Shown piece after piece: positions 1-14,400 of a DNA stretch of 64,000 nucleotides. The DNA is from Owenia fusiformis (lineage: Eukaryota). Position numbers and translations under genes: made by a program. Below the pieces are notes generated by a model. It worked only from the letters and a program-made list of their open reading frames with translations. It had not been told where the DNA came from and made no database searches. Position 1 is the first letter of the stretch, and every line of letters starts with the position of its first letter. Location of the stretch: the NCBI GenBank assembly GCA_903813345.2, contig CAIIXF020000001.1:47616001-47680000 (forward strand), written 5' to 3'.

Positions 1-3000
1 AGGGGATGAGATGTCTTGAGAATGAGTTGTCCAGGCAGAATTCCAGGAGATGAGTTATCCCCTGAGTTATAGGGAGGGTAACATTAAAAATACCATTTGA
101 CAGGGCCAAGTTGTCTTTGGGTCAGTTTGACATTTGGATGAGGGATGAGTTTTTATGGAATGAGTTGTCAAGAAGGATGTACAATAATCATAATGATAAA
201 GTCATCTCTGAATGGTAAAGACAATTCTACAAATCAGTAGCCCTGCCCCTACTACTGGTGACTGTCCCAGTCCAGGTTGTAACAAACGAAAAAGAATGTT
301 TAAAACATGCTCAATGTTGGTTAATACTTGGAAAACAATTACTTCAGAGGAAATGACCATAAATAGAAAATGACTATAATTAGGAAACCATCCTTCATTC
401 ACCAAAAACTCAAGTTGGCTCAGCGAGTTCAAAGGTTATATTTCAATCCACGAATGCAAAGAATATAGAGGGGATGCCGAGATAAATTTTCCCATGGCGT
501 GATTTCTCATTTGATTAACAACGTAATGATATCATAAAATACCATTTTAAGATGACGCATTAATAAATATATAATAACATAACTACTACTTAGGAAATAA
601 GCAACTTCAAGAGATAATGTTATCTTAACAAACAGTATCAGGAAGTGATATTTAATATTTCATAAACTCTCAACTGTAAAAAACATGAAGCATGTGAATT
701 GAGGTTGTGTTATGCCACCCTACTTAAAGTGTAAAGCCATTTTTCTTTTTGGCTTTTTACTGATCAACTTCATTGCCATTGTCTCTTATCCCACAAAATC
801 AAGTGTCTCACAATATCTTAAATATGATCTATAGAAAAGGTTGAGTCGGTTGACACTTGACATGACCTTGTGGTAATGCCTCCTGAATAGATCTACCATT
901 ACATTGTAAAGAAATAACACTAGAATTTACCACACTGACTACCCTGCGTGTAGAGTCTAGTTAAACTACACTCTGCCTAGTAGAGACCATATTACAGTTT
1001 AGTAGCCCCGCCCCCAAATGCGTTCTAATTAAATATGCGTATTTCATTGGTCAATTCCGGGCTCAACGATGACGTCAGAAGGAATGACCATATAAAGAAC
1101 GTCGGTCAAAATTGGCCGACGAACACTGATTGGCGCGGTAATTCACAGGTTTATTTTAGTTTGAAAGAGTGAAGACGAAGCTCTCTTTTAAGAAGTGAAG
1201 TCGAACGAATGCAAAGGGTACACACTGACAAACAACTGTTTATTTTATTTTCACCACCTCTCAAAAGAAATCATACTCAATATTCAAGTCAACAAATAAT
1301 TTTGACATCTGACTTGTGTATTATTTATGTGACCTTGACTTGGATGAGATTATATCAAATATCACCCCCTCCCCCAAAAAAACTAAGCCTTTATCCCAAA
1401 ATTCACCTCTCCAGGTGGACTTTTTAACTTAACACAAAAAAAGCTTTTATTTATATTTCTCAATTGAAAGCACTGTTTTGCCATTTAAACGCAAGAATGT
1501 GAAGTGGCCACATGTTAAACAATCATAAGAAACTATAAACACTGGATTCAGTCGATTGTGCTCACAAAATATTGAATGTTAAAGATAAAAAATGATTAGG
1601 GATTACTCCTCAGGCGATCAATAAAAACAAAAAATTCCACGATTTAAAATGTGTATTTCGACAACTTTGGCAAAATGTTCATATAAACACTGTACATTGT
1701 GTCAATAAAAATGAAATAAATATGAAACGTGTTGTAAGGGCTGTTGTTTCTAGAATTAACCCACATGTATAAAGTGTATTAAGATATTTCCTTCCTCTTC
1801 TAAAATAAAAGAACCACGCTGACTTTCAACTTCTACTTCAATAATCCCTTTAGGGAGATTTCCATAACAGAATCTCTTATCTTTAGCTGTTATAACACCA
1901 TAAGAAGAGAAGGTGTCAGAGATGGGGGTTTGATCCTTTATTCATCTCACACATGTTATCTTACACAGCAGTGCTATAGAACATAATGAACCAACTGCTA
2001 AATATCATGGTTTAGTATTCTAAGGGTTTCCTCTCACAGACTTCTGGCTTCAGCATTAAATTAGCCACTGACTACACAATCTGTGAGTAGAATCAGAGAA
2101 CACATTAATTCTCTACGCTGCTTATACAGTGTACACTAGAGCTTCCTGCTTTGTAGCATAATGCTTGATAATGTGGTTCTCGAATGTATGGGCCAAAACA
2201 GAGGAGTCTTTGGCCAAGAAATTTTTCCCTCTCTTTTTTAAGGAAAATGTGTATCTGACATAACCCCAAGCTCAGATAGACATTATTTAGAACCAGCTAT
2301 GTTACACATTCTTACCCTCAAAAACATGAGGTGTCAAAAAACATCTTAACTATAATGTTTTGCCTTTTAAATATTCTGAATTAGGACTTTATTGTACCTT
2401 ATCTCAAATCAGCCTTTTTAGTCATAAAATATTTTTTGATGCTATCTATATAAACAACGAGACTCTAGCCAACTTCCAGAATTTTAGTTTACTAAAAAGT
2501 AAATCATAGCAAAATCATGCAATTGCCTCAGTATAAAATAAAATGCGACTATTATACTTGAAAGCACTGCGATTATACAAAAAAAACAGCTTCTGATTTC
2601 ATCAACACATTAAATAAGTTTTTTGTAGCATCTATTGAAGTTGTTTTCAAGATGATGGCTTTAAAATTGAATCACTTACACACCCGTAAACATCTATAAC
2701 CTCAGTTTTTGTCAAGATATCTAATTTAAGCAATAAATTATTAAAATGTTACAATGGTACATGAAACAAAAGTGAAGCAACACTGACTCACACAGACATG
2801 TTAGATGATTTAAACTACAATACTACAACACTTGGCACCATCAATGTTTCCCATTGAGTGATCTAAGGTCATCTGTGATATCCTTTGAAATCTTTATGTT
2901 CATTTATCATGTCTCAGTGCCAAACTTCAAATCATCAACTTTAATATGTGTTTGGCAAATACTTGACACTCCTCTCTCATTGTGCAAGTCACAACCAAAA

Positions 3001-3428
3001 GTTATTAAAAATAACACTTATTGATGAATCAAATTTGACAACAAATAAGATGTATACTTTTATGATTGTTGTCAACACTTTTCGAGTCCAATAATAATTA
3101 TTGTTTATATACCAAAATAAGAGTCTCAAGAAAAAAAGTCAACAAAATGGACTGACACTTGATAAAAAATCAACATGTTCAAAATAAAAGAAATTAAAAT
3201 AAGATGAAAAATCAACAAGAAAGATTATAAGGAGACAAAGGAGACCAAGGCAAAAGGAAGCAAAAAGAGAAAGGGTAAAAAAACAACAAGATGGGATAAA
3301 TCAAGTTAAAATGAGGCAAACATATAAGTAATTAGATTATACGAAATATGAAAAATAAGTACCTTTAACACAAGATGAAGAAGAATTCTAAACTAAATCA
3401 AGCCATAAATAACAATATAAACAAGATG

Positions 3429-3602
3429 CAGGGGTTTCATTAGCAGCAGGCAACAGGCGATTTTCAACGGTTCTTTTCACAAAATCGACTGTTGTTTTTA
3501 GGGACTTTCTAACTTTTCCGTGTTAAATTTATGATTTCCATTAATTTTACCCGTTGTTTTCATTTATTTAGCTTATTGTGAGAAATTTTAATGGAAGCCC
3601 TG
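3429..3602. mobile_element. Short MITE with CAGGG...CCCTG termini
   Basis: Imperfect TIRs (caggggtttcatta / taatggaagccctg) flanked by the 5-bp direct repeat agatg (3424-3428 and 3603-3607). Confidence 0.55.
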
Positions 3603-4319
3603 AGATGAAAAACAGAGCTCTAGACTGTGTGTCAAAAACTTGAAAGTTGACAAAATAATATAATACCAGGAAGCAAAAATATGATGGGAAAAAGATGATC
3701 AATTAAATGCACTGACGTTTTAAAGTACCCAATGTGAATTTTGATAAGATAGGTCACCATCTCTCAAACATTACATTATTCATATTCAAAATCATGAACT
3801 TAAAGCATTAATATATTATGTACAATATAGACTGAGGACCATTAAACCACTGACTAAAACTAAGTCTTGTTTATTTATATTTAATTACCTACTGTAGGAA
3901 ATAATCAAATATGGCAGATAAAGTTTCTGAAGTAAACAACCATAGCATATAACTAAAATAAAATAACTATAAACCACAACAGAAAATTGCTTATAACAAG
4001 GAAATAGCATCATGAGAAATGGCTTTCTATTAGACTTATACTAGTAATTTCTGACCCTCAAGACCCTCTCTGATGAATTCTGAACTTATCTCAACACAAC
4101 ATTCCAAATAATAAAAACAAGAAAAAATTGTGTTTTTAGAAAACTAGCTTGACTAAATGACTAAAAAGATTTACTAATATATACATTTTGCACTTATTCT
4201 TCAAAGTATTTACATACTCTATTGGTTCCTGAGAAACTATGGTATATATTAATATAATATGAGAGATAAGGTCTTCTGCTTGATCATAGTATGATTTCTG
4301 TCCAATTACTTTGACTTTA

Positions 4320-5236
4320 TTAGCTCTCAGGAGCTTTCAATTCTAGGCTCGGTTTCAAATCTTAACATCTCGAAAAGGGGGGTCGGTCCCCCCCCCGCCA
4401 CGCCCTCCCCCTTCTGACGCCAATTTATGGTGAGATTGATCTGTTAGAGAAGAGACTGGATGTTTACGAAGTGAGCCTGTGTTTTTTTACATTAGCTATA
4501 CAGTGACTGGGGGGATTTAAATCTTCCCGGGCCTGTGCTAAAGATACTTCAAATTTGCCCCTTACCATGACACATACCCTTACCCCAAAGAAGAATCAAA
4601 ATTGTGATCATACTCACTGTCTACATAACATGTCTTACATTTGCTTCTGTTCTGGAAACCGGACTCGAAATCAGAGCAGGAAGGATGTCCAGTAAAGTTG
4701 CTGAATATGTGATTTTTGGCACATTACTGACAACTTAAGTTAATTAAAATGTTAGCAACATTTATAACTCAGAATATGAGAATAAATATTCTACTTACCA
4801 ACATAAAATAGCACGGTTAAATGTATAAATAGGAAGAGCAGAAGTATTTCTAACTTTTTAGCCATGGTCCATGTTGTGTCACGTGACCTACGTTAATTCA
4901 ACGAACGATCACATCGTTCTAAAGTTCGTTTTTCTCACAGTCAACCGACTCGGCACATCTCGGGCACCATCTAAGACACTCTGTATGTATTGAATAGATG
5001 GCGTGTACTAGCTATTCTAGCCAAACTAATATATTTTCGCCTCATCTTCGAGGATTGGTCACTGGATATCATCGGCATCGGAAGGGGGAGGGCGTTAGGG
5101 GCGACCGCCCTTCCCCTTTCCCCCGGGGTCGGACACTCCCCTGTACAAAATTTTGACCAGTACCCCCCCCCGGCCTTTCCCCAGATTTTTCTTGGATTTG
5201 AAACCGAGCCTAGAATTGAAAGCTCTTGAGAGCTAA
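4320..5236. mobile_element. Non-autonomous TIR element (~0.9 kb)
   Basis: Near-perfect ~41-bp TIR: ttagctctcaggagctttcaattctaggctcggtttcaaatc at 4320, reverse complement ending at 5236. No transposase ORF. Confidence 0.75.
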
Positions 5237-7487
5237 TTAAAGTCAAAGTGTAATAATGACAGAAATTATACTATGTGACTGTCATTATTTAGTCTATATC
5301 ATCAGTCAAGCATAGAAGATCATTTCTCATATTTACCACAGTTTCTCCCTCGTCGGTGCCCACGCTCAATCACTACGTGAGGATAGGTCCGAAGCTTGAT
5401 GAAGCAAGATGTAGTTTCTCAGGAACCTATACAGTATGTAAATACTTTGAAGAATAAGTGCAAAATGTATACTTCAGTAAAGTTTTTTAGTCAAAGTCAA
5501 GCTACACAAAAACACATTTTTCTTGTTTTAATTATTTTGAAGCAATTTCAAAGTGAAGATAGTGTAAACTTAGTTCAAACATGGACTTCAAATACGTGAT
5601 TAGAAGTCCATGGTTCAAACGGGATTAGAAAGATGAGACCCATTACACAACAGGGGTGTAGCTAGCTTTCAGTCAGGGGGGAGGGGTGCGATCACCAACA
5701 TTTTTTCGGTTTTCAGTCAGGGCTGCGATCGCGGCATGAGACAAAAAATATTTTTTGATGCTATCTATTCAAGGTTTTGAAAGGCTGGTATCGATGTGGC
5801 GAACTCAATTCAACATTGTTTTTCTCTTACACCAATCTATATTGAAAACATTCTGTAAAAAAGCACGGTCCTATGGCCACTAATTGACGACAAATTAATG
5901 CGAAGATTATTTAAATATATAATTTTTATAACTGTTTTTGTTAACATTTTTTTGATTTTTGGTGCAATTGTTTTTGTTCCTTTCTACCGATTCATGAGAA
6001 TGAAATAAAATATCTTTCCGAACATTGTTAAACCTCTCAATATTATAGTTACACAAAGGAAAATTTGGTATTCAAAAAATTAAAACAAAAATTAAACCCC
6101 AAAATTTAAATCAAACCTTTTATTTCATTAACAAGACAATTTTTTTAAATCAACCAAACTTTCCTTTGTACAGATACAATATTGAGAGACATAAACACGT
6201 TGTGTATATATCGTTTTGTTCCAATGAGGTTGTTCGGGTAGATGTTTCGTTCATTCCGAACATATGATACCAAGAACAAAAGAAGTGTCTGATGTGTTTT
6301 CTAAAACAATGAGAAAAGTGAAAGTTGATCAAATAAAATGCATTTAAAGCTCTTTCCTTCTTCTGTCTAGTGGTTCTATTTTATTGGTTATGGGGGATGC
6401 GTACGCACCCATCGCACCTCCCCCTGACTACCCTATGCACAAGATCTCTGTGAGCAGTCAGAATACCTTCCCCAGATGCTTTCACGTTTGCCTCCACAGA
6501 CGAGACCGACATTTTAAGCGTTCTGTTAAATGGCCATAAAATCGTGGCCATATTTGAACCTTGTAGAATGAAAGAAGATTGATCAAGGTTTAATTATGCC
6601 AAATGTGACATTAAACCCATGCTGAATGACTGAGTTGATCTGTTTGGGTTACCTTTTTGGCCCACCCTGTATTTGTATTGCGTTAACCACATAACAAAGG
6701 GTTGCTAAGTCAGTTGCAAAATAATCAATTTGTTGTATTTTCAAATAATACATCGAAGGTCTACACCATAAAACTTTTGAAAAAATAATTTTCAACATGT
6801 TTTACAATCATTATTAAAGATCCAATTTAAGTAGGTATGAAATACATATTTTGTGCACGATCAGTTTTCTCCATGCATCCTTGTGTCTCTTGGGAGATAC
6901 AAATATTCCCCGGTACATAACCCTGTTTATTTATTCATGAGAAGTTGTTTGACTTGATATCCTTGTTGATCAATGATCTACCATTATAGAGCCAATAAAA
7001 AGTTCTAAAAAGTAAGCCCATGTCCTATTTAAGATCCACTAGTGGGCCCCCACTAGTCTTACTATTGAAAATTCTAGCAATAGCTAGGCTTACTATCTCA
7101 CATAGCATGAATTTACTTGTTGAGGGTCGATCAGCTTGAGTTCTTTTGAGAAAATGAGGATTTCAGCAAGGGTGTATTTACTTAACATGGGGAAAGAATT
7201 GACTTAAAAGCTGTATATCAACATGTTGTACGTCATTATAGGGATAGATACAAAATCCTTATTATCTCAGAAGAACTCATTTTTATCGAGTCTCGACAAG
7301 TAGATTCACATTGTAGAATCCTATTCAATAGTAAAAGAGGAGGGGTTCGCATAAACGGGACATTAAAGCTTATCCAAGGACTTTTTGAAAATTTTGGTTA
7401 GCTCTAATATATCTAAGTAGTTAGGCGATAAGATTACAGTGCATCGATGCTACTTTTAAATATTTCGACTAAGACCCTGTTTCAAGG

Positions 7488-8528
7488 TCACAAATTGTCA
7501 TTTTTCTTCAAGCTGGATTTCAAAATATGTGGACGTTTCATGATTTTGTCTGGCATTGTCCATGCTCTTTGTCTCGGTAATGGCTCTAATATTTTTACGT
7601 CTATGTTTTCATTCCATTTCACATGATTATCAATTGCATGTTTTGTGGCAATGTTCGTACTATTAAGCGCGTTGTCGCTGCCCGAATGCGCCTTATCCAA
7701 TGATGGTGTGCAGCCATCGATAACATCAATTGTCTGATTCGATCCCCAACTATTTTTGCCAGGTCGCCCGGTCCAATTATGTAAAGTTTTCTTTTCGTTA
7801 CTAATATTATGTAATCTATGTGACAGTTCGAGGTGATCTAGCTCATATAACTTTCTCCGTAACCTAGGACTTCCAGGATTGCTCTCATATCCTCGGAGAG
7901 AATTCACCCGCGAGGTGAGATTGATATTGAGTTTTGGAGGCTGGTGTGGATGATGTTTACTTGTTGCAAGAACGTCTTTGGTTGTTGATTCCTCGACAAT
8001 CTTAGTATCAGAAGATTTTGTTTTATTGTCGTCAAAAGCTAAAACCTGTATAAATGTGTCTGATGCAGATGGTAATGGATCCCGAACAATGTTCACTTTG
8101 CCGAAGGACTCAGGGACTGCTACATTCAAGCAATGGTTAATAAGCGTATCCGTTGTAAGCGGTGGGAGACTGAATCCAGCAGCTTTGCTGTCAATGTCCA
8201 AGTTTGACTGTCTCTTTTCTTGTGCTGATTTTGGATGATCTCTACATTTTTGGAAGAATTTTGTCGTTGTAGACCCAGCTAATGGAGAAGTAGGAGACCT
8301 TTGCAATATGTTTTGAGGTGTATGGTGACGCTGCAATAATCGTGGTGACATAGGTGGCGATGGTAAAGCTCTTGGGGATTTCCATCCAGCTTCTTTGGCC
8401 AAATGTAACGCCTTGACACGACTTTCACGAAGGCCTATATCCGAGTCAACATCAGAACCTGACACAATGACATTATCCTTCGATACACAACTATCGTCAC
8501 GATTCCGTCCGGAACCATTCGTGGTCAT
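7488..8528 (-). CDS. Uncharacterised 346-aa Ser/Pro/Lys-rich, probably disordered protein (single exon as seen)
   Basis: 1041-nt ATG-initiated ORF in AT-rich DNA with an in-frame stop just upstream. No recognisable domain; several SP sites and an RQRAWT motif. Confidence 0.65.
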   Translation of the reverse strand: MTTNGSGRNRDDSCVSKDNVIVSGSDVDSDIGLRESRVKALHLAKEAGWKSPRALPSPPMSPRLLQRHHTPQNILQRSPTSPLAGSTTTKFFQKCRDHPKSAQEKRQSNLDIDSKAAGFSLPPLTTDTLINHCLNVAVPESFGKVNIVRDPLPSASDTFIQVLAFDDNKTKSSDTKIVEESTTKDVLATSKHHPHQPPKLNINLTSRVNSLRGYESNPGSPRLRRKLYELDHLELSHRLHNISNEKKTLHNWTGRPGKNSWGSNQTIDVIDGCTPSLDKAHSGSDNALNSTNIATKHAIDNHVKWNENIDVKILEPLPRQRAWTMPDKIMKRPHILKSSLKKNDNL

Positions 8529-9851
8529 ATTATCCCTTTGTGCTATTTGCTATTGTTTCGAGTGTCTGCGAAATGTTTCGTTCTACGCATATATATTTGC
8601 CTGGAATATTGCTATGTGCTCACTTTACTATTCATGTTGTATTCTTATGAATTTTCTATATTCAATACTTCTGTTGTTGGTACCTTATTTGAAAGGTTTA
8701 TTATTCAGTTATTATACTTCTATACCCTGCTCTTGGATCTGGTCCTATCACATTCTGTTTGATTTAACAATCGCTAAATCGTTGAGAAAACAAGCTTCAA
8801 CAAAGTTAACGATGAATAAATAATAAATGTATTCATATCAATACAGTGCACTATTTGATGGACTATTTGATTTCTGACGTACCTATTCAAGGTTATTAGT
8901 TATTACTTCCCATAAAGCAAGCACTTCACAGCAATTCATATCTGAAATACTCCCAGCTTTGTACTCCGAGGAAGAGCTTTGTACTCCGAGGAAGCCCTTT
9001 GCATGTTTTTACTTTTATGTTGTCACCTCATACACTGCATAAGGTTTCGTTCGGGGTATTAGTTGTTCTCCAGTATATACATTCCCCGGGAGTATATATG
9101 TGAAATATGTATATTTCACATATTTTATAGCAGATAAGATTATTATTCTTTACACTCTGGTCTAGTTATAAACTACTGAAGACGAAGCTCTCCTTTAAGA
9201 AGTGAAGTCAAACGAATGCAAAGGGTAGAGTATCGTCGCGATAATATTTGGAAGAATTGTTCTCTTAAAAATGAATGAATTTGGGCATTTCATGATTTTC
9301 CAAAAAATCTATAAATTGATCAAACCTCTTAAATACTTCTTCAGATATTGAAAATATTGTTAGGGAAACGTGCTTTTTGTAATGGTTGCTTGCAACATAT
9401 TATACTCCTTATTCTTTGCTGCCACTTATCGAATTATTGAAGTATATTAATCTGTAAAATGAATTAGTGAAACGCTGCCACTTAAACAGAATAAATATTT
9501 AAATAAGTAATAGATTATGACATGACATCATGTACCTATGTTTGTCCATATTTTCCAATCAGAAACCACATTTATTTGCTCAGTGTATAGATGAACAGAC
9601 AAATCTTGCAGATAATAAACGTTATAATTTGATAACATTTTTGTTTTGTCTATGACTAGTCATTTACAAACATGGTGTCTTATCCCACCGTTTTTGTTTG
9701 TTTTAGTTCTGTTCAATTGAAGTGAGGAACGATTAATGGTTTAGAGGTATTTGTACTATTTATTATAGTAATTGAGATTGATTGTCGAGTAAACTCAAAA
9801 CTTGACTTGCTAACACAGGAATCATAGTCCTATGTACAAACTATTGATGCT

Positions 9852-10040
9852 GACTCGGATATAGGCCTAACTGAAAGTCGTTACATTTGGCCAAAAAAGC
9901 TGGATGGAAATCCCAAAGAGCTTACCATCGTCACCAATGTCACCACGTTTACCATTTTCACCTATGTGACCAGGTTTACCATCGTCACCTATGCAATCAC
10001 GTTTACCATCGTCAAACATGTCACCACGATTATTGCATGT
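9852..10040 (+). pseudogene. Inverted, degraded partial copy of the 7488-8528 ORF with an expanded 27-bp unit
   Basis: gactcggatataggcct...ttacatttggccaaaaaagctggatggaaatccc matches the reverse complement of ~8335-8447. The segment ttaccatcgtcacctatgtcaccacg is repeated about 5 times. Confidence 0.75.
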
Positions 10041-11454
10041 TCGTCTCAGTACATTTTTGCGACATTTAACATGGGATATGAATCGGGTGATGGTACTGAA
10101 GCAAGGTTTTCTCTAAAATATTAATTTATTTACCTAGAGAAATTAGATCTTTATGATTATTAAATTGTCTGTCAGGCGACCATTAATATTCCCTCACTCT
10201 TAGAGTGATTACTTTTGATACAATTCCACTAACAGCTGCATGCAACTCACTACCATAAATGCCCAATTGCGTAATTCTATGTGGACTTTCCTTATCTTTT
10301 TTTGATTGAAGTAAAAACGCTAAATATCCCCTAGCTCATGATTTCACCTTCTTTTGATATACCTATGGTAATGGAAACTGTGGGTATTTGGCTCAATTTA
10401 TATTGATAGATACGTTATCAATGTATACTGATTCTGAAAGAGGACACATTTACTCAATGATTTCTCAAATAACTGAGAAAGTAAAAGTTATGCCACAGGA
10501 AGAGAACTGACTCTTCAAAGCACATTTGAAAAGCACAATTTCATTTCATATTTAGCAATGCATATAAAGTTGTGCGAGGGCATCATGATAACATTTATTT
10601 TTTGATTTGCTTTTTTGTATTTGCCAAACATCTAAAAAATAAGACTGTAAAATATTTGTCGATTCTTATCAACAGGGGATGGAAACGCGTATTTTTAAAG
10701 TATTTTCGTAGAATACACAGGAAATATATTAGAATCGCCATCTTTATTCAAAACTAGGTAGTTGTATGTAGTTTTATTTTCTATTTTTTAGTAATTTTTC
10801 AAAAAAAAGATCCGAAAGTGGTTGGGCAATGATAGTTTTCCCCTTTTTAAGAAACTGATCATTAGGAATCTGGTCAACATCCATCGCTTTACCATTGGCA
10901 AGCTCTGATATTTGTGTTGAAACAACGAAACGTTCAGGGACTACCAAGTAAAAACCTACCTGTTTTTCGAACGAAAATACTAGACACGTTTCCAACCCTT
11001 GGTCAACCGAGATAAACATCACAACACTACATGGCTTTTATATTTTATTTACGATTGCCTCAACATATTTTATTTGCATTATTTACAGTAACATTTCAGA
11101 ATAAATATCATGTACAACAACGTATAACAGTCACGTAAGTAAAACTTAAACTACTGTACAAATAGCGTATGACCTGTATGAAAAAGACATCCTCTCGATG
11201 CATTACGTGTTACGTATATACGTTTACGTTTTTTAATAATTACAAGTCATTCGTGGACACCATGCCTAATTAAAACACGGACTGGATTAATTCTGACACT
11301 TACTGCCAGTGATTAAAATAGAAAAACTAGCATGTACTTCGCATATTGTGAAAGATAACTTGTATAATAGCTGACTAAGTAAATGTTGTTGAGGATTTTA
11401 TGATACCATATTTGCGTTCATAGAAATCATTCTTAAATACATTTAGTCAATGAA

Positions 11455-14400
11455 TCATTCCCATGCGGAACTACTATCCGTTTGTCCAATAATACAGCAC
11501 GCCAGTCGTCCCCCAGCATTCCCAGTTGCTTTACTTCCAGCATCGCCTCCACGTCCTAAATCATCTCTTTTCTGATGAACCTAAAATTTACGGTAATAGG
11601 TGGAAACTTCATTCGTACATACATTTGTATATATTTGAGTCAACCATTGATTATTCTAGGAAAATCGTTTTAAGCTGACTTCCATGTAGCTTACCTAGAA
11701 ACTTGATTGGTTAACTTGCTTGTATTTGCGAGTGCATCTTTTCGACTGCCGGCTACCGGATTAACCTAATTTTTATGGGCAACTCACTCATATATAAATA
11801 GAACCTGCCACCATTCCATTCATGTTTAAATGAGTTAGTCATAGTAGTTTAATCCGGTAGCCGACAACCGAGAGTTGCATTCGCGAATACAAGCTTAGCA
11901 CCCAAATAGATGAGTCAACCACCAGTCTTGGCTGAATGCCAAGACTGGTGGTTTTAGAAATATTCAGTAAAGGTTCTCAATATTTTATCATTGTTCCAAA
12001 AAATGCAACAAAGAATAATCAATAATGATATGTACTTCTTTATCCATGACACCTCTCTACCTTTAAGTTTCACTATTGCCCTTGCACTATTACTCTGCTC
12101 TTGTTAAGTGCATTTGGATATCAACGATAGGGAGTTTTAAGAGAATCGGCCAAGCAAACAGTTCAATTGGGAGAGAACTAATCCACAGAGGACCATAATT
12201 CTACACGTTCACGTACAAGTTTTAAAAAACGAGTATCTTAAACTCCCTATTATCTGTATCCAACGTAACTTACTACAATGGCTCTTCCGTATATTGAGTA
12301 AGTACCGACAATGGAAACCTGGCTGTCAGTAATAGTAGTCTGTACGAGTCCAACGTTATCTTCCATTATGTTTCCCAAATCACCGACATGTCTGCAATTA
12401 GAAAATGTGATGATTACTGCAGAATTTGGCTAAACGGGAACGTACACCCGCTTTTCCAAACACGCAGAAGCAGCCGCGGTTGGCTCGTAGTATGCATCCT
12501 TAAATAATAGAGAAGTATACTACCCTCCATAAGTTCGCCATCCGGGAGTCATCACTTATTAAAGCATGTTTATGTTTGATAGACTTTGATATGCTCTCAA
12601 TGCAGAGCACTCCTTCTAAACTTATGGAGGGGAGTGTAGCAATTGTGTTCAGTGATTGTGTTCGTAATAAAGATACATACATACAGACATACATAAGCCC
12701 TGAACTCAGTGCATTGCTTGCTGACATACCATGAAGGCATTGTTTCCAAACCTTTGCATGACCGCGCAGTTTAGGAAACAAGGCCTTAGTGGAATGAAGC
12801 AGCTACAATGCATTGAGTCTTGGGCTTAAATTCTTTTCACACATGTTCTACAGAATCATCCAAAAGGAACGAAATCACTAAATCTTTTGCAAGGGTCAAG
12901 TTGGCAAGTCATCAAATCCAATGTGAAAAGTCCATTCATCGCCATGACAACTGTTTAACTAGTGACCTTGCATGTGTTATTGATATTTCATACACTGTTC
13001 ATTATGTGAATACTCTGTTCTGATTGGATGGAATCGGACAAACCTTGCCTAGCTATGTGTGAATGCCTTATAAATAATGGTTAGTACTAAAATTCCTAAT
13101 ATTACTCCGACTCTTCTCGCATGTCTCCGTTGTAATGTGTATGGGTGTTTTTTATTTTACCAAGAACAGCATTACTTTTGAATGGACAAATTATTTGTCA
13201 TAAATTAGATGTTCTTCGCGAGATACTGAAAAAAGTGGCAAATTTAAAAGGGCATCACATATGATTAAGCAATTAGTCACATTTGCTCTACGAAGGTCCT
13301 ACAGAGGCCGTACGGCGGCTGTAGCTTCACAAAATCGATATTGAAAATGTTGGGAAACTACGGCCCCCATACGGTTGTCGTGGATCAAATGCGACTAAGG
13401 CATTAGTGTATATCCAAATGCTGTTCCGGGTCTTATTCGTGAAGAAAATCAATGGATTATTATACAAGATCTTCATGTTAGTATACATACCGTTCAGAAT
13501 CTGAAGGTGCACCGTGGGTTTTACTAAACGGATTGTAGTGACCTCCTGTAGATTGGCATCCATTGCTCAGATCTCCAGTACCATGAACATGGAAGCCATG
13601 GTATATATTAGCATCAGTTGTATCAAATCCTTGTAGACTGACTTTTATTTCAGTTTTGCCACCAGCGGCCATCTGTCTGAAGTCTACAGTACCCTTGATG
13701 AGCTGTGTTTCGCCTGCGGGAGGTACTTCATTTGGTCGAACGGTACATGTAGCGTAAACGTAACCTTTCGCTGAAAAATAGAAACCAAAATGCACGGTTA
13801 GGGTCTTACTATGACATTTCTCTTTGTGCCATTGATTCAGTTGATCACTAAAACTGTGGTTCGTTTATCACCATCCTTACCGTATCCGTCTTCATAGGAA
13901 TTTTGACTGGAAGCTACAGTTGGTTCATTTGGGTGTGTAGGTGGAGAGTCTGCCACTGGATCTGCTGATTCAGTGATTTCAGGGACCACGCATTTGGCGT
14001 AACTGTCATTGGAAAAGACTTCATTCTCAGGAGAAACACATGTTAAGATTATGGGGGACCACCACAAGCCACCGGGACAGTTCATTCTTACACTTTTCCC
14101 AAAATGGTCACATATAAAGTAACTCCTGCAGTCATTTAAATCTCGAAAATACCCTGGACACACAGGATTAACGTTTTCTACAGTTTTTCTTTCTTCAACT
14201 TGATCAGGCTTTTCAACTTCGTAGTGCTCTCCTTCGATTTCCTCACTTAATTCCATTGGATAGCCACCTGCGTCAATCATTTCTTCACTTTCAATAGACA
14301 AGTCATCTGGGTAATCAAATCCATTTACTCCGTTTTCGTAGACATCAAAGACCGTTTCTTCAGTATAAGGATCCTGCTCTACGAATATTTTACTTGCCAT

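Noticed and set aside
8395..8823. 142-aa hydrophobic plus-strand ORF
   Set aside because: It has a non-ATG start, partly overlaps the 346-aa ORF in antisense, and its T-rich composition explains the hydrophobicity.
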